A stretch of 64,000 nt of DNA, taken from assembly GCA_043799545.1 (NCBI GenBank), contig JAZDNO010000009.1, forward strand, positions 8,262 through 72,261. The letters run 5' to 3'. Position 1 is the first letter of the stretch. Each line of letters begins with the position of its first letter. The translations under genes and the position numbers were made by a program. Under the pieces are notes generated by a model. The model did not search any database. It had not been told where the DNA came from and saw only the letters and a list, made by a program, of their open reading frames with translations. This document shows positions 45,776 to 56,021 of this stretch, piece after piece. Source of the DNA: Methanobacteriota archaeon (GTDB lineage: Archaea; Thermoplasmatota; Thermoplasmata; SG8-5; DAIRED01).

Positions 45776-47302
45776 TTACCAATCCACCGTCCAGACTGTA
45801 TCAGCAGGAACGTGGACCCAGTACCCTCTCCCAGGTTTCATTACGTAACTAGGCCCGACTGTCGTGGTCATGTACGGAGCGCCAGCGTCGAAGACTTCGA
45901 CTATGTCGGCGCTCGTGCCCCAGAAAGCAGTCGCAACGGTCACGCCCGCCGCAAGGGTCGGGTAGCCGACGAGGTTCCAGCCAGCTCGAAGTTGTATCTG
46001 TGTGGAAGGTGCCATTAATCCAGATACATTTAAGTAGCCGTCACCGACGAGCCCAATATAAATCCAAAACCCCATATATGGCTCGACGCGCGTCAGGTCA
46101 TTTAATGACGGATTCCAAAACGGATTATATTGCTTCCAATGATCCTGCATGTCAGCAGAGTCGTACCACATTACTCGGTCAAAGTAGGTGTCGCCGTCCA
46201 TAAGTTGCGTGTAAAGGTTGAAAGTTGGGATTTCCATCGGGACTGAGATGAGGTTCCAGCCGGTAACAACAGGGATTTTAATATATTGCGGCAGAGGAGC
46301 CCCCCACGGTTGCATTATAGGATATCTGTCTCGGGCGCCAGCACCTCCCAGGATGTTCAAATAGGGCGTATCGCCAATGCCGTCGCAGCCTGGTATGGAC
46401 TGATCGAATCCTCTGCAATAATCCACCCCGCTGTAATCGCCCCAGTAATTGCCGCCGGAGGGGTAACCGTTATCCCATTGATTGGTACCATATCCGTATG
46501 CTTGATTGCTGGTGAAGTTGTTGTGATAGATTGTATTGCCAGAACTTGATTCGTAAACGTATATGTCGATATCGTTATTTGAGACATTGTTGTTGAAAAC
46601 AATATTGCTGGAAGAATCGATTGAGATTCCGACGTTGTTGTTTGTGACTATGTTATCAGAAATTATATTGCCATTGGAGTAGTATACGGCGATGCCAATC
46701 GCCCCGTTCCCAGAAACAGAGTTATATGAGATTGTGTTACTGTCAGACCCGGAAAGAGATATGCTCGATGCGACGTTATTATTAATGATGTTGCCGTTGG
46801 ATTCGTCGATATGGATATCAATATAATTGTTCAGGAATGTATTGTTAGCGATTTTATTACTATTAGAATAGAGAAAGTGTATGCCGTAGCTATTACTTGA
46901 GAGGCTATTATTATCAATTTTACCATTCTGGACACCATAGAAAGTTAAGCCCACATCAAAAAACCACGGCCAGTTATCGGTCCCATACGCATCGTGCAGA
47001 TATAAGTTTCTTATAACAAAGTTATTGGTTGTATTACCAATATATATACAATAACCATATCCATTCCCATTGATCTCCCAGTTCTCGATAATCCACGGAT
47101 TAGATGCGTTTCCTGACCCTCCTGAGACGCCGTGCGCCACGTCGAAATCCGCATTCGAGTTTATCCGTATTGGCGCATGCGACACATACGATGTCACGTT
47201 CCCAATATTTCTCGCCTCCGACTCACCCGATGGCTCTATAAAGATTAAAGCACTCGATAGTATCACCAGCAAACTCAACACTAGCGACACACCTTTTCGC
47301 AA
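45776..47302 (-). CDS. secreted NosD/CASH parallel beta-helix protein with conserved C-terminal domain
   Basis: signal peptide, HAPIRI module, GI.L..S..N.I.NN repeats, GGNYW module, GWNL..P x2 tail; probable TTG start after AGAGG. Confidence 0.88.
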   Translation of the reverse strand: MRKGVSLVLSLLVILSSALIFIEPSGESEARNIGNVTSYVSHAPIRINSNADFDVAHGVSGGSGNASNPWIIENWEINGNGYGYCIYIGNTTNNFVIRNLYLHDAYGTDNWPWFFDVGLTFYGVQNGKIDNNSLSSNSYGIHFLYSNSNKIANNTFLNNYIDIHIDESNGNIINNNVASSISLSGSDSNTISYNSVSGNGAIGIAVYYSNGNIISDNIVTNNNVGISIDSSSNIVFNNNVSNNDIDIYVYESSSGNTIYHNNFTSNQAYGYGTNQWDNGYPSGGNYWGDYSGVDYCRGFDQSIPGCDGIGDTPYLNILGGAGARDRYPIMQPWGAPLPQYIKIPVVTGWNLISVPMEIPTFNLYTQLMDGDTYFDRVMWYDSADMQDHWKQYNPFWNPSLNDLTRVEPYMGFWIYIGLVGDGYLNVSGLMAPSTQIQLRAGWNLVGYPTLAAGVTVATAFWGTSADIVEVFDAGAPYMTTTVGPSYVMKPGRGYWVHVPADTVWTVDW

Positions 47303-47403
47303 TTCCAACCTCTGATGACTATAGTTTCCGCGCACTAAATACCTTTCGCTATAGATATATTGACGAAGATTGAACACTCTCGGAATAATGCGCGTCCGGC
47401 AGA

Positions 47404-48600
47404 TCACTCCAGTATCAGCGCCTGCATCTTTTCCTCAACCCCGTCGAACCAGCCCAGGTCGCCGTCCCAGTCCTTGAGGGGCTTGGAATATTGCGCCTCC
47501 ATTTCCGATACCATGGCCTTCAGCTTCGCCTTGAACGCGTCTGCGACGAAGCCTTCCACGACAGCGACCAGGAAGACCCTGCGCCCCTTCTGGAAGACGA
47601 TCTTCATGTCCCCGTACTTTAGCTCGTCAAGGATGCCTTTTTTTGCAGAAAGGAGCGAATCTGCGACGAAGTCCTTGATGGACATCAGCATCGCCGAGAC
47701 GACCGTCGGGTCGATTTCCGATGCGACGTCGCTCGACTTGACGTGCTGTATCAGCAGGCCGTTGTCGTATATGAGCATCAATTGGTTGACCTTGTACCGG
47801 CCCGCTGGCTCTACGTGCAGCATCGTCGTCCTCGACCATATCATGACCATGAATCCCGCGTTCAGTATCAGGAACGAAAGGATGAAAAGCGAATCCGAGA
47901 GCCCTGCGGGGATTCCTAGCCCCAGCATCGATTGGTACGTGAACAGCAGTATGTCGATGCAGAAGAACAGCAGCCCCGCGGTGATGACGAGCCAGTAATA
48001 CAGAATCTTGCCGCTTCCGTAGAGGAGAAGAAGCAGCGACAGCAATTCAATTGTGAATATCGAGAGGAAGGCGTATGCCAAAAGGGTGGCAACAGCCGCC
48101 CTCCCATACCCCGAGCCCTCGATGCCGTATATCAGCGGACCCAGCGTCGCCAGCAAGACGAAAATCCATGCCGTGCTCAGGATGAGCACCTTGCGCTGGT
48201 CGAGGTATTCGTAGCTCTTGCCGAGTATCGAGACGCATATGAATATCAAGGGGACGTATCCCAGCAGCCAGAAGAAATCAGGGACGTCGGGGAGGCTGAT
48301 TGCAGAGCCCGTCAACGACATCACCGTTGCGGTTATCTGCGCGAATGAGAACAGCAGAAGGGTCGCCAGCAGGCACGCGCCGACTATCGCGAAGTCATCC
48401 TGCCCGAGGTATTTCAGGATATACACGCAGAGCGCTATCGACAGGAAAGCTGAAGCGAGCGCGACGAAGTTCGAGTATTCCGAAGACGCCCGCGACTCAA
48501 GGAAGAAAGGCGGCAGCGAGAGGGCGATGCACGCGAGCGTCAGACCCAGCCCGAACTTCCTGACCTTCTCCCGGATTGCATTCCCGCCGCTGTCGGTCAC
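47404..48600 (-). CDS. multi-TM membrane protein with C-terminal longin-like alpha/beta domain
   Basis: 7-8 TM segments, then LIYDNGLLI..., VSAMLMSIKDF, LKYGDMKIVFQKG..VFLVAVV. Confidence 0.7.
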   Translation of the reverse strand: MTDSGGNAIREKVRKFGLGLTLACIALSLPPFFLESRASSEYSNFVALASAFLSIALCVYILKYLGQDDFAIVGACLLATLLLFSFAQITATVMSLTGSAISLPDVPDFFWLLGYVPLIFICVSILGKSYEYLDQRKVLILSTAWIFVLLATLGPLIYGIEGSGYGRAAVATLLAYAFLSIFTIELLSLLLLLYGSGKILYYWLVITAGLLFFCIDILLFTYQSMLGLGIPAGLSDSLFILSFLILNAGFMVMIWSRTTMLHVEPAGRYKVNQLMLIYDNGLLIQHVKSSDVASEIDPTVVSAMLMSIKDFVADSLLSAKKGILDELKYGDMKIVFQKGRRVFLVAVVEGFVADAFKAKLKAMVSEMEAQYSKPLKDWDGDLGWFDGVEEKMQALILE

Positions 48601-48675
48601 GCATCCTAATCCAGATTGTGGTATTAAAGCGTCTCGGAGGCCGCACCTTTATCTACCGATACAACTTCACGAAAA

Positions 48676-49962
48676 ATGATGGACGAATCGCTCGTAGGGA
48701 TGGAGTGCCACGCCACCAGCCTCCCAGGCATAGGGGGCAAGCTCAAATCAGCCCCGGAGGATTTCGTGGTAGAAGAGCTGTCCATAGTCCCCGCGCCGGG
48801 GGGCTCATTGTACACCGTGGCAACGGTCAAGGTGCGCAACTGGGAGATGAACCGGCTCGTGCGCGAGCTGTCCAGGGCGCTGAGGATATCGAGGCGCAAG
48901 ATTACTTTCGCAGGCACGAAGGACAAGCGCGCCATCACGACTCAAATCATACAGTTCCAGGCTCCGCTGGAAGCCGTACAGGCTATAAGGATGCCAGACG
49001 TGGAAATCACGAACGCATACGGCACGAACAGGAAGATCGACCTGGGCGACCTTGCGGGGAACAAGTTCACGGTCGTGTTAAGGAAACTCGATTGCCCCGA
49101 CGAGGAGGCAAAGGCCAGGATCGCGGGGATAGCAACGGAGCTGGAAAAGCTCGGAGGGTTCCCGAATTTCTTCGGCGTCCAGCGCTTCGGCGCGCTCAGG
49201 CCCGTAACACACCTCGTGGGCAAGCTCATAGTCCAGGGGGATTTCGAGAAGGCCGTGATGACTTATCTGGGCAACCCCGCCGAGGGCGAGGAGCCAGAGG
49301 CCTTCGCCGCCAGGAAGGCGCTTGAAGAGACTCACGATTTCGGCGCGGCCCTGCACTCCTACCCGAGGAACATGGCATTCGAGCTGGCGATTCTGAACCA
49401 TCTGGCGCAGAACCCCGGCGACTACGTCGGGGCGATAATGACGCTTCCGAAGAACTTGCAGATGATGTTCGTTCACGCATACCAGTCGTACCTATTCAAC
49501 AAAATGTTGTGCGAGAGGATGCGGCGCGGGCTGCCGATCAACGTGCCGGTGGAGGGCGACGTGATTCTCCCGGTGAACAAGGACGGGCTTCCGGACCACG
49601 AGCGCTGGATAGAGGCGAAGGCCGACAACCAGGATACGCTGAGGCTCAGGGCGAAGGAGGGCAGGGCGTTCGTCAGCGCCGTGCTGTTCGGCTGGGAATC
49701 GGTCTTTGCGAACGGCGAGCCAGGAGAGATAGAGAGGGGCGTGGTCGAATCGGAAAACCTGCGCCACGAGATGTTCATGATTCCGCAGATACAGAGGATA
49801 GGCTCCAAGGGCTCGCGCCGCGAGCTGGTCGCGCCGGCCAAGGACTTGAAATGGAGCGTCGCGGACGGGAAGGCGACCTTCGAATTCTCCCTGAACCGCG
49901 GGTGCTATGCGACGACCTTGCTAAGGGAATTCATGAAGAAGCGCGAGATGCGCGACTACTGA
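48676..49962 (+). CDS. truD: tRNA pseudouridine(13) synthase
   Basis: EDFVVEE, FAGTKDKRAITTQ, GNKF, NFFGVQRFG, HAYQSYLFN, RGCYATTLLRE. Confidence 0.97.
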   Translation: MMDESLVGMECHATSLPGIGGKLKSAPEDFVVEELSIVPAPGGSLYTVATVKVRNWEMNRLVRELSRALRISRRKITFAGTKDKRAITTQIIQFQAPLEAVQAIRMPDVEITNAYGTNRKIDLGDLAGNKFTVVLRKLDCPDEEAKARIAGIATELEKLGGFPNFFGVQRFGALRPVTHLVGKLIVQGDFEKAVMTYLGNPAEGEEPEAFAARKALEETHDFGAALHSYPRNMAFELAILNHLAQNPGDYVGAIMTLPKNLQMMFVHAYQSYLFNKMLCERMRRGLPINVPVEGDVILPVNKDGLPDHERWIEAKADNQDTLRLRAKEGRAFVSAVLFGWESVFANGEPGEIERGVVESENLRHEMFMIPQIQRIGSKGSRRELVAPAKDLKWSVADGKATFEFSLNRGCYATTLLREFMKKREMRDY

Positions 49963-49965
49963 GGC

Positions 49966-50208
49966 TCAGGCCTTTCCTTGCGCTGGCTGACCCGCATTTG
50001 CCTGCGTCTCGCATGCGTCCATGCCGGGGCAGAAGAACTTGTGGTGCTTCGAGCAGTAGGTGGACTCGTGGAGGTGGCCGCACTGCGCCTTCGGCTTGGG
50101 GCTCTGCGCCTCGCGCACCAGGACGCAGCGCTCGCCGATGCATCCGAAACCCTTGTAGGTGCCGTTGCATATCCCGTCCTCTCCGAGGTGCTGGCAGTTC
50201 GCGCTCAT
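49966..50208 (-). CDS. small Cys-rich protein B (80 aa)
   Basis: CQH...GIC...GCIGERC...YCSKHHKFFC....C; ATGA overlap with the upstream paralog. Confidence 0.7.
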   Translation of the reverse strand: MSANCQHLGEDGICNGTYKGFGCIGERCVLVREAQSPKPKAQCGHLHESTYCSKHHKFFCPGMDACETQANAGQPAQGKA

Positions 50209-50516
50209 CGCATCTGCCCCGCGAATTTGTCCATGCTCTCGCGGTGCTCGTCGCGAGAGATACCGCAAGTCGTGCATTCGCCCTCGGCCGCGCAGTAGAA
50301 GGCCTTGTGCTTGGGACAGTAGAGCCCGTTCCACTTCAGGAACTGCTCCGTGATCCCGTCCTCGCCTTCGGTGCTTATTACGCGCGTCGAGCCTCCCGCA
50401 TTCGGCATCAAATCGGGGTTGTGAACCGGGCACTGGCTCTCGCCTACGCAAGACATTCCAGTGACATCGCCGCTGGCGCAGCGGCCATCGCGATAGCGAT
50501 ACTTGCACATGTGCAT
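50205..50516 (-). CDS. small Cys-rich protein A (~103 aa)
   Basis: CKY...GRC...SCVGESQC...YCPKHKAFYC....EC. Confidence 0.7.
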   Translation of the reverse strand: MHMCKYRYRDGRCASGDVTGMSCVGESQCPVHNPDLMPNAGGSTRVISTEGEDGITEQFLKWNGLYCPKHKAFYCAAEGECTTCGISRDEHRESMDKFAGQMR

Positions 50517-50613
50517 CCCTAGTGTCCCTTCGGACGCGATGTATATACTCGTATGGGTTGATAAACCTTTCCCCCGAAAGAAGCATGTTGATGGACACCC
50601 ATCTTGCATCGGT

Positions 50614-53600
50614 TTACCAATCAACGGTCCAAACTGAATCCGCAACGACGTGAACCCAGTACCCTTCTCCAGGTCTCATGATGTAACTCGGCCCGACTGT
50701 CGTGGTCATATATGGAGCGCCAGCGTCGAAGACTTCGACTATGTCGGCGCTCGTGCCCCAGAACGCAGTCGCGATGGTAGTATTCGTCGAAAGGGTCGGG
50801 TAGCCCACGAGGTTCCAGCCAGTCCTTAGTTGTATCTGCGTCGAGATGGGGACGACCCCGGTAAGATTCAGGTAACCGTCGCCTACGTCCGTCACGTTGA
50901 TCCAAAATCCCATCGATGTCTCCACGCGGGTCAGGTCGTTCATAACCCAAGGCCACGCTGTATTGAACTGCTTCCAATAGTCTTGCGGGTTCTCGGAATC
51001 GTACCACATGACGCGGTCCCACTGAGTGTCGCCATCGAGGAACTGAGCGGGGAGCGTTAGGCTAGGGATTTCCAGCGGAACAGATATTAGGTTCCAACCC
51101 AGGACAACAGGTATTCTGAAGAAAGTTGGCGAAGGCGTCTGCGAGGTATTCCATGGCAACATCATAGGATAATTGTCCAATGCCCCTGTCCCGCCCCGGA
51201 TGTCCGAGTAGGGCGTATCGCCGATGCCGTCGGAACCGGGTTCGTTTTGTTCTGGACCAGAGAACAAGTCGATGCCGGAAAAATCGGTCCAGTAGTTGCC
51301 TCCAGAGGGGTAGCTGTTGTCCCAGAGGTTGGTGCCAGTGTTGTCATAGGCTTGGTTCATATTATCTATAAAGTTGTTGTGATAGATTGTATTGCTGTTT
51401 GAGAAGGAGAGGTAGATGCCATACCCATTGTTCGAGGATGCGGTGTTGTGGGCGACGGTGTTGCCGACGGAGGTGTAGAGGTAGATGCCATACCAGTTAT
51501 CCGAGGCGAAGTTGTCGACTAAGGTGTTGCTACTGCAATCCCAGTATAGGTATAAGCCGTACGAGTTGTTCGAGACCGTATTGTTTGCGATGGCATTCAT
51601 ATCGCACCATGCGTACAAGTAGATGCCATTCGTGTCATTTAAGACGGTGTTGTGGGCGACGGTGTTGCCGCTGCTATACCAGTATAAGTAGATGCCAGTT
51701 GAGCCGTTCGAGGCCGTGTTGTAGATTATGTCGTTGCTGGTAGAGGAATAAAGGTAGATGCCACACTCGTTGTTCGAGGCGTCGTTGCTGGCGATGGTGG
51801 CGCCAGTCGAGGAGCCGAGGTAGATGCCATACCCGTTATTCGATGCGGTGTTGCTGACGATCGTGGCGCTTATTGAGGAGCCGAGGTAGATACCGTAGAT
51901 ATTGTTCGAGGAAACGGTGTTGTGTGTGATGGTGTCGCTGCTGGATGAATCTAGGTAGATACCGCAGTCGCAGAATTGAACCAGGTTGCCGGAAACCTGC
52001 GATAGCGAAGATTGACTCTGATACAATCCGAAGGATGCTTCCGATACTGAGTTGTCGGAAATGAACGAATTGGTCATATCTGTTCCGTATATGCCGATGA
52101 AAAACCCGGTGACGTTGTTTCCGCTGATCGTGAGGTCACTGTCCTGCGTGTAGATTCCGTACATGGATAATTCTGTGGCTGTGCATAGCTGGAACTTCCC
52201 CGGCGGCCCTTGGCCTTCCACGGAACCTGTCACCACATTCCATCCATACACCGCTATTATATATTGTCCGTTCGGCGGATTGATGAGCTTTATGGCTTCG
52301 TTGCTATCGTCGTCCGCACAGAGTGCGTAACCGCCCATGGACCATTTTGCATACGATACCGCGCCCATAATTTCCCCATCTCTTATTCTCTCGCCAGGGT
52401 CAATTATTCCGTCGAAGTCCAAATCGTAGTATATTGCGAGGTCAAGGTCATCCATTTGGTCGCCCACAATGTGAACGGTGTAAGATGGATTGTTGATGAT
52501 GGAGACGACTCTCTGATAGCTCGCAAGACGGTATGAGTACACATATTCCTCCCAAGTCGTGGCATTGTTCTGCTCGTCTAGGTCGGACTCGCACTCCTGC
52601 CATATTGGCTCGTCGATATACATTTGTTCGTCGTGATCCGAATTGCCAGCAATCGTATTGTTCCTGATGGAGTTGCCGCTGGAAATGTCAACATAGATGC
52701 CATAGTGATTGTTCGAGGAGGCGGCGTTGTTGACGACAGTGTTGTTGCTAGAGGAGTAGAGAGAGATACCACAGCTGTTGTTTGAGGCAGTGTTGTTTGC
52801 GATGACGTTGCTGTCGGAGTTATAGAGGTAGATACCGAATTCGTTGTTCGAGGATGCTGTGTTTCCATAAATCGTGCCGTTATGTACATTGTAAAAAGTG
52901 ATACCGGAATCTGGATTGTACAGTGGAATACCAACTCCACTGGCCTCATGAAGGGTGCAATTACTAATCACGAAATGGTTTGTCGTATTTCCGATATAGA
53001 TGCAATATCCATACCCTGTGCCGTTGATTTCCCATCCTCCTATCACCCAAGGGTCTGCAATCGTTCCCGCGCCACTTATCACCCCGTGTGCCAGATCGAA
53101 CTCCGAATCAGAATTTATTCTGATGGGTTGGTGAGGAAGTGGGCCATTGTTCTTGATAGGATGATACATTGGATAGTTATCTTGAGCTATCCCCCCCTCG
53201 ACATATGTGTAGGGGATATCCCCAATTCCATCGCTCCCCAGGATGTCCTGGTTCGGCCCGGAGAAATCATCGTCGCCGATATAATCACTCCAGTAGTTGC
53301 CTCCGATCGGATAGCTGGAATTCCAGAGATTCACCCCATCGTCTAACGCTTGAATCACATTGTTGATGATGTTGTTGTGGTAGATGACATCGCCATCACA
53401 TCCCACCAGGGCGATGCCGTAATCATATGATGAAAACACAGTATTGTTGTGCAATATATTATCATTGGAACTCTCTAAAATGATTCCCCACATGTTATAC
53501 GAGGCTGTATTGTTGGCGACCATGATGTCGTTGGACAAAGACAGATAAATACCACATCCCTCGTTCCCTCTCATCTCGTTGTCCGTCACAATGCCGTTAT

Positions 53601-55323
53601 TGACGTTAAATAGTATCAACCCTGAATCGGAATGGAAAGGCCATGTACCGTACCCACTCGCATCGTGCAGACGGCACCCGCGCATTACAAAACAATCTGT
53701 GGTGTTCCCAACGTAGATGCAAGCTCCATACCCCGCCCCATCGATGTCCCAGTTCTCGATTATCCACGGGTTGGAAGTAGTGCCGTTCCCGGCCGAAACG
53801 CCATGCGCTACGTCGAACTCTGCGTTCGAATCTATACGGATTGGCGCGTGCGGCACTGGCTCCGAAGGGGATGGGGTCAACATCGACATCAACGGGTAGT
53901 TGTCCTGGGCACCGGCCCCGCCCTGGATGTCTGTATTCGGTGTGTCGCTGATGCCGTCGCTCCCGGAGATGTTCTGCCCCGGACCCGATAAGATGTCCGC
54001 CCCCGCGTAGTCGCTCCAGTAGTTGCCTCCAGAGGGGTAGCCGTTGTCCCAGAGGTTGGTGCCAGTGTTGTCATAGGCTTGGTTCATATTATCTATAAAG
54101 TTGTTGTGATAGATTGTATTGCCGTCTGAATAGGAAGCATGTACGCCTTCGGGATTGTTCGAGACGATGTTATTTTCAATCGTACCTCCGGTGGAATCGA
54201 TGACGTAGATGCCGCATCCGTCGTTGGATGAAACGGTGTTGTTTGCAAGCACGAAGTCCGAGGCAGCGTCGAGGTATATCCCGAAGTAATGGTTTAAGGT
54301 GGCTGAGTTTTTGAAGACTTTGTTGCTAGCGCTGGAGTCAATTTCGATGCCGCATTCTTCGTTCGAGAAGACGACATTACGAATCATTGTATTGTTGTCG
54401 GAATTAAAAAATAAGCATATACCAGACCAACCGTTCAAGGATGCGATGTTATCGGAGATGACGTTTCCTATGGACTCAAATACATAGATGCCGTCCTCAT
54501 AGTTCGAGTTGGCTGTGTTGTTTTCCAGTATGTTGCCGTTGGACGAATCAAGGTATATACCATATAGGCTCGAATTGGCGGTGTTGTCGCTGAGCATGTT
54601 GCCGCCAGACAACTCGAAGTAGATGCCAATCCCATCGCTACTCGACGAGACTGCGTTGCCAGTGATAATGTTGTCGTCAGAGGAAACTATGTGTATGCCA
54701 TTAAAAGTATTGATTGCTGTATTGTTGATGATGAAGTTGCCGCTAGCTTCGTATGTGTAGATGCCATCATCGTAGTTCGAAGAGACATTGTTGCCCATCA
54801 AGGTTACGCCGCTGGAAGATTCGATGATGATGCCCTCGATATTGTAGATTGCGGTGTTGTCAGCGACGACGACACTGTTGCTGGATCCAACGATGTGAAA
54901 ACCAGCGTTGTCGTTCGATGAAGCCGTATTATTCATAATCGTACCGTTCCGAGCGTTGAATAAAATGAGGCCCGAGTCTAGAAAGTAAGGGGTTATGCCA
55001 ATTCCATATGCATCGTGCAAATGGCATCCCCTTACTGTAAAGCAATCCGTCGTGTTCCCTATATACATGCAATATCCACTTTCTTCACCGCTAATTTCCC
55101 AGTTCTCGATTATCCACGGGTTGGAAGATGTTCCGTTCCCGGTCGAAACACCGTGCGCCGCATTAAAGTCTGCGTTCGAGTCGATTCGTATCGGCGCGTG
55201 CGCGACATACGCCGTCCATTTACCAGCAGGCGTCGCCCCCGATTCGCCCAATGGTTCTATGACCACTATTGCGCCAGACAATGTCACCAGCAAGCCCACC
55301 GCTATTGCCACACATTTTCTCAT
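50614..55323 (-). CDS. giant secreted NosD/CASH beta-helix protein (~1569 aa)
   Basis: signal peptide MRKCVAIAVGLLV; three H(A/Q)PIRI...GGNYW...DNYP cassettes; same C-terminal domain as 45776..47302; lower GC. Confidence 0.9.
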   Translation of the reverse strand: MRKCVAIAVGLLVTLSGAIVVIEPLGESGATPAGKWTAYVAHAPIRIDSNADFNAAHGVSTGNGTSSNPWIIENWEISGEESGYCMYIGNTTDCFTVRGCHLHDAYGIGITPYFLDSGLILFNARNGTIMNNTASSNDNAGFHIVGSSNSVVVADNTAIYNIEGIIIESSSGVTLMGNNVSSNYDDGIYTYEASGNFIINNTAINTFNGIHIVSSDDNIITGNAVSSSSDGIGIYFELSGGNMLSDNTANSSLYGIYLDSSNGNILENNTANSNYEDGIYVFESIGNVISDNIASLNGWSGICLFFNSDNNTMIRNVVFSNEECGIEIDSSASNKVFKNSATLNHYFGIYLDAASDFVLANNTVSSNDGCGIYVIDSTGGTIENNIVSNNPEGVHASYSDGNTIYHNNFIDNMNQAYDNTGTNLWDNGYPSGGNYWSDYAGADILSGPGQNISGSDGISDTPNTDIQGGAGAQDNYPLMSMLTPSPSEPVPHAPIRIDSNAEFDVAHGVSAGNGTTSNPWIIENWDIDGAGYGACIYVGNTTDCFVMRGCRLHDASGYGTWPFHSDSGLILFNVNNGIVTDNEMRGNEGCGIYLSLSNDIMVANNTASYNMWGIILESSNDNILHNNTVFSSYDYGIALVGCDGDVIYHNNIINNVIQALDDGVNLWNSSYPIGGNYWSDYIGDDDFSGPNQDILGSDGIGDIPYTYVEGGIAQDNYPMYHPIKNNGPLPHQPIRINSDSEFDLAHGVISGAGTIADPWVIGGWEINGTGYGYCIYIGNTTNHFVISNCTLHEASGVGIPLYNPDSGITFYNVHNGTIYGNTASSNNEFGIYLYNSDSNVIANNTASNNSCGISLYSSSNNTVVNNAASSNNHYGIYVDISSGNSIRNNTIAGNSDHDEQMYIDEPIWQECESDLDEQNNATTWEEYVYSYRLASYQRVVSIINNPSYTVHIVGDQMDDLDLAIYYDLDFDGIIDPGERIRDGEIMGAVSYAKWSMGGYALCADDDSNEAIKLINPPNGQYIIAVYGWNVVTGSVEGQGPPGKFQLCTATELSMYGIYTQDSDLTISGNNVTGFFIGIYGTDMTNSFISDNSVSEASFGLYQSQSSLSQVSGNLVQFCDCGIYLDSSSSDTITHNTVSSNNIYGIYLGSSISATIVSNTASNNGYGIYLGSSTGATIASNDASNNECGIYLYSSTSNDIIYNTASNGSTGIYLYWYSSGNTVAHNTVLNDTNGIYLYAWCDMNAIANNTVSNNSYGLYLYWDCSSNTLVDNFASDNWYGIYLYTSVGNTVAHNTASSNNGYGIYLSFSNSNTIYHNNFIDNMNQAYDNTGTNLWDNSYPSGGNYWTDFSGIDLFSGPEQNEPGSDGIGDTPYSDIRGGTGALDNYPMMLPWNTSQTPSPTFFRIPVVLGWNLISVPLEIPSLTLPAQFLDGDTQWDRVMWYDSENPQDYWKQFNTAWPWVMNDLTRVETSMGFWINVTDVGDGYLNLTGVVPISTQIQLRTGWNLVGYPTLSTNTTIATAFWGTSADIVEVFDAGAPYMTTTVGPSYIMRPGEGYWVHVVADSVWTVDW

Positions 55324-55457
55324 TCCCAGCCTCAGGCAACCATTGTCGCAACACATCAAATACTTTTCTATGTGCCATATATTTAGAATATACGCACATA
55401 GGAGACCGATCCATTCACTGCGGCATCTCCAAATACGCGCGGCGCGTTTCCAATCCG

Positions 55458-56021
55458 ATGAGCGGAGGCGTTTTCAGCGTCGGCGGCGTCGATGTCCAAT
55501 ACGACGTCGAGGTGAGGCGCGTGCGCAACGCCAGGCTCCAGTTCAAGGGAGACAGGCTCCTCGTCATCATGCCCGCACATGGCGACCCGCGCGAGGCCAT
55601 TTCGCGCAACTGGCGCTGGGTTTACAAGCATCATGCCAAGATGAGGAAGGCGCTTGATGACGCCTCAGTCGCGGACCTGGAGAGCAGGAGCGAGGACGAC
55701 TTCAAAAGGCTGGCGTGCTGGCTAGTTGAACTGTACTCTAAAGAGCTGGGCGTGAAGGCGGGCAAGGTCGCCTTCAAGGTGCTGAAATCCAAATGGGGGA
55801 GCTGCAGCTCCACCGGGGGGATAAGCCTCAACCTGGCAATGCGCCATCTGCCCGAACGGCTGGTGAGGTATGTCGTCTACCATGAGGTCGCGCACCTCGC
55901 GGAGCTGAACCACGGAAAGGGATTCTGGAGCATCGTGGCCCGGAGGTTTCCAGACAGGGATTCGGTGGAAAACGAGCTGCTGGCCTACTGGTTCGTCGTT
56001 TGCAGGATATACGACTTCTGA
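55458..56021 (+). CDS. M48/YgjP-like metallopeptidase domain protein
   Basis: KSKWGSCS, I.LN, YVVYHEVAHL..LNHGKGFW. Confidence 0.88.
   Translation: MSGGVFSVGGVDVQYDVEVRRVRNARLQFKGDRLLVIMPAHGDPREAISRNWRWVYKHHAKMRKALDDASVADLESRSEDDFKRLACWLVELYSKELGVKAGKVAFKVLKSKWGSCSSTGGISLNLAMRHLPERLVRYVVYHEVAHLAELNHGKGFWSIVARRFPDRDSVENELLAYWFVVCRIYDF

Noticed and set aside
51288-54130. Diversity-generating retroelement (TR/VR pair); the mismatches in and next to the repeat are A vs G on the coding strand
   Set aside because: Only about three transitions, both copies are coding inside one gene, and there is no reverse transcriptase in the window
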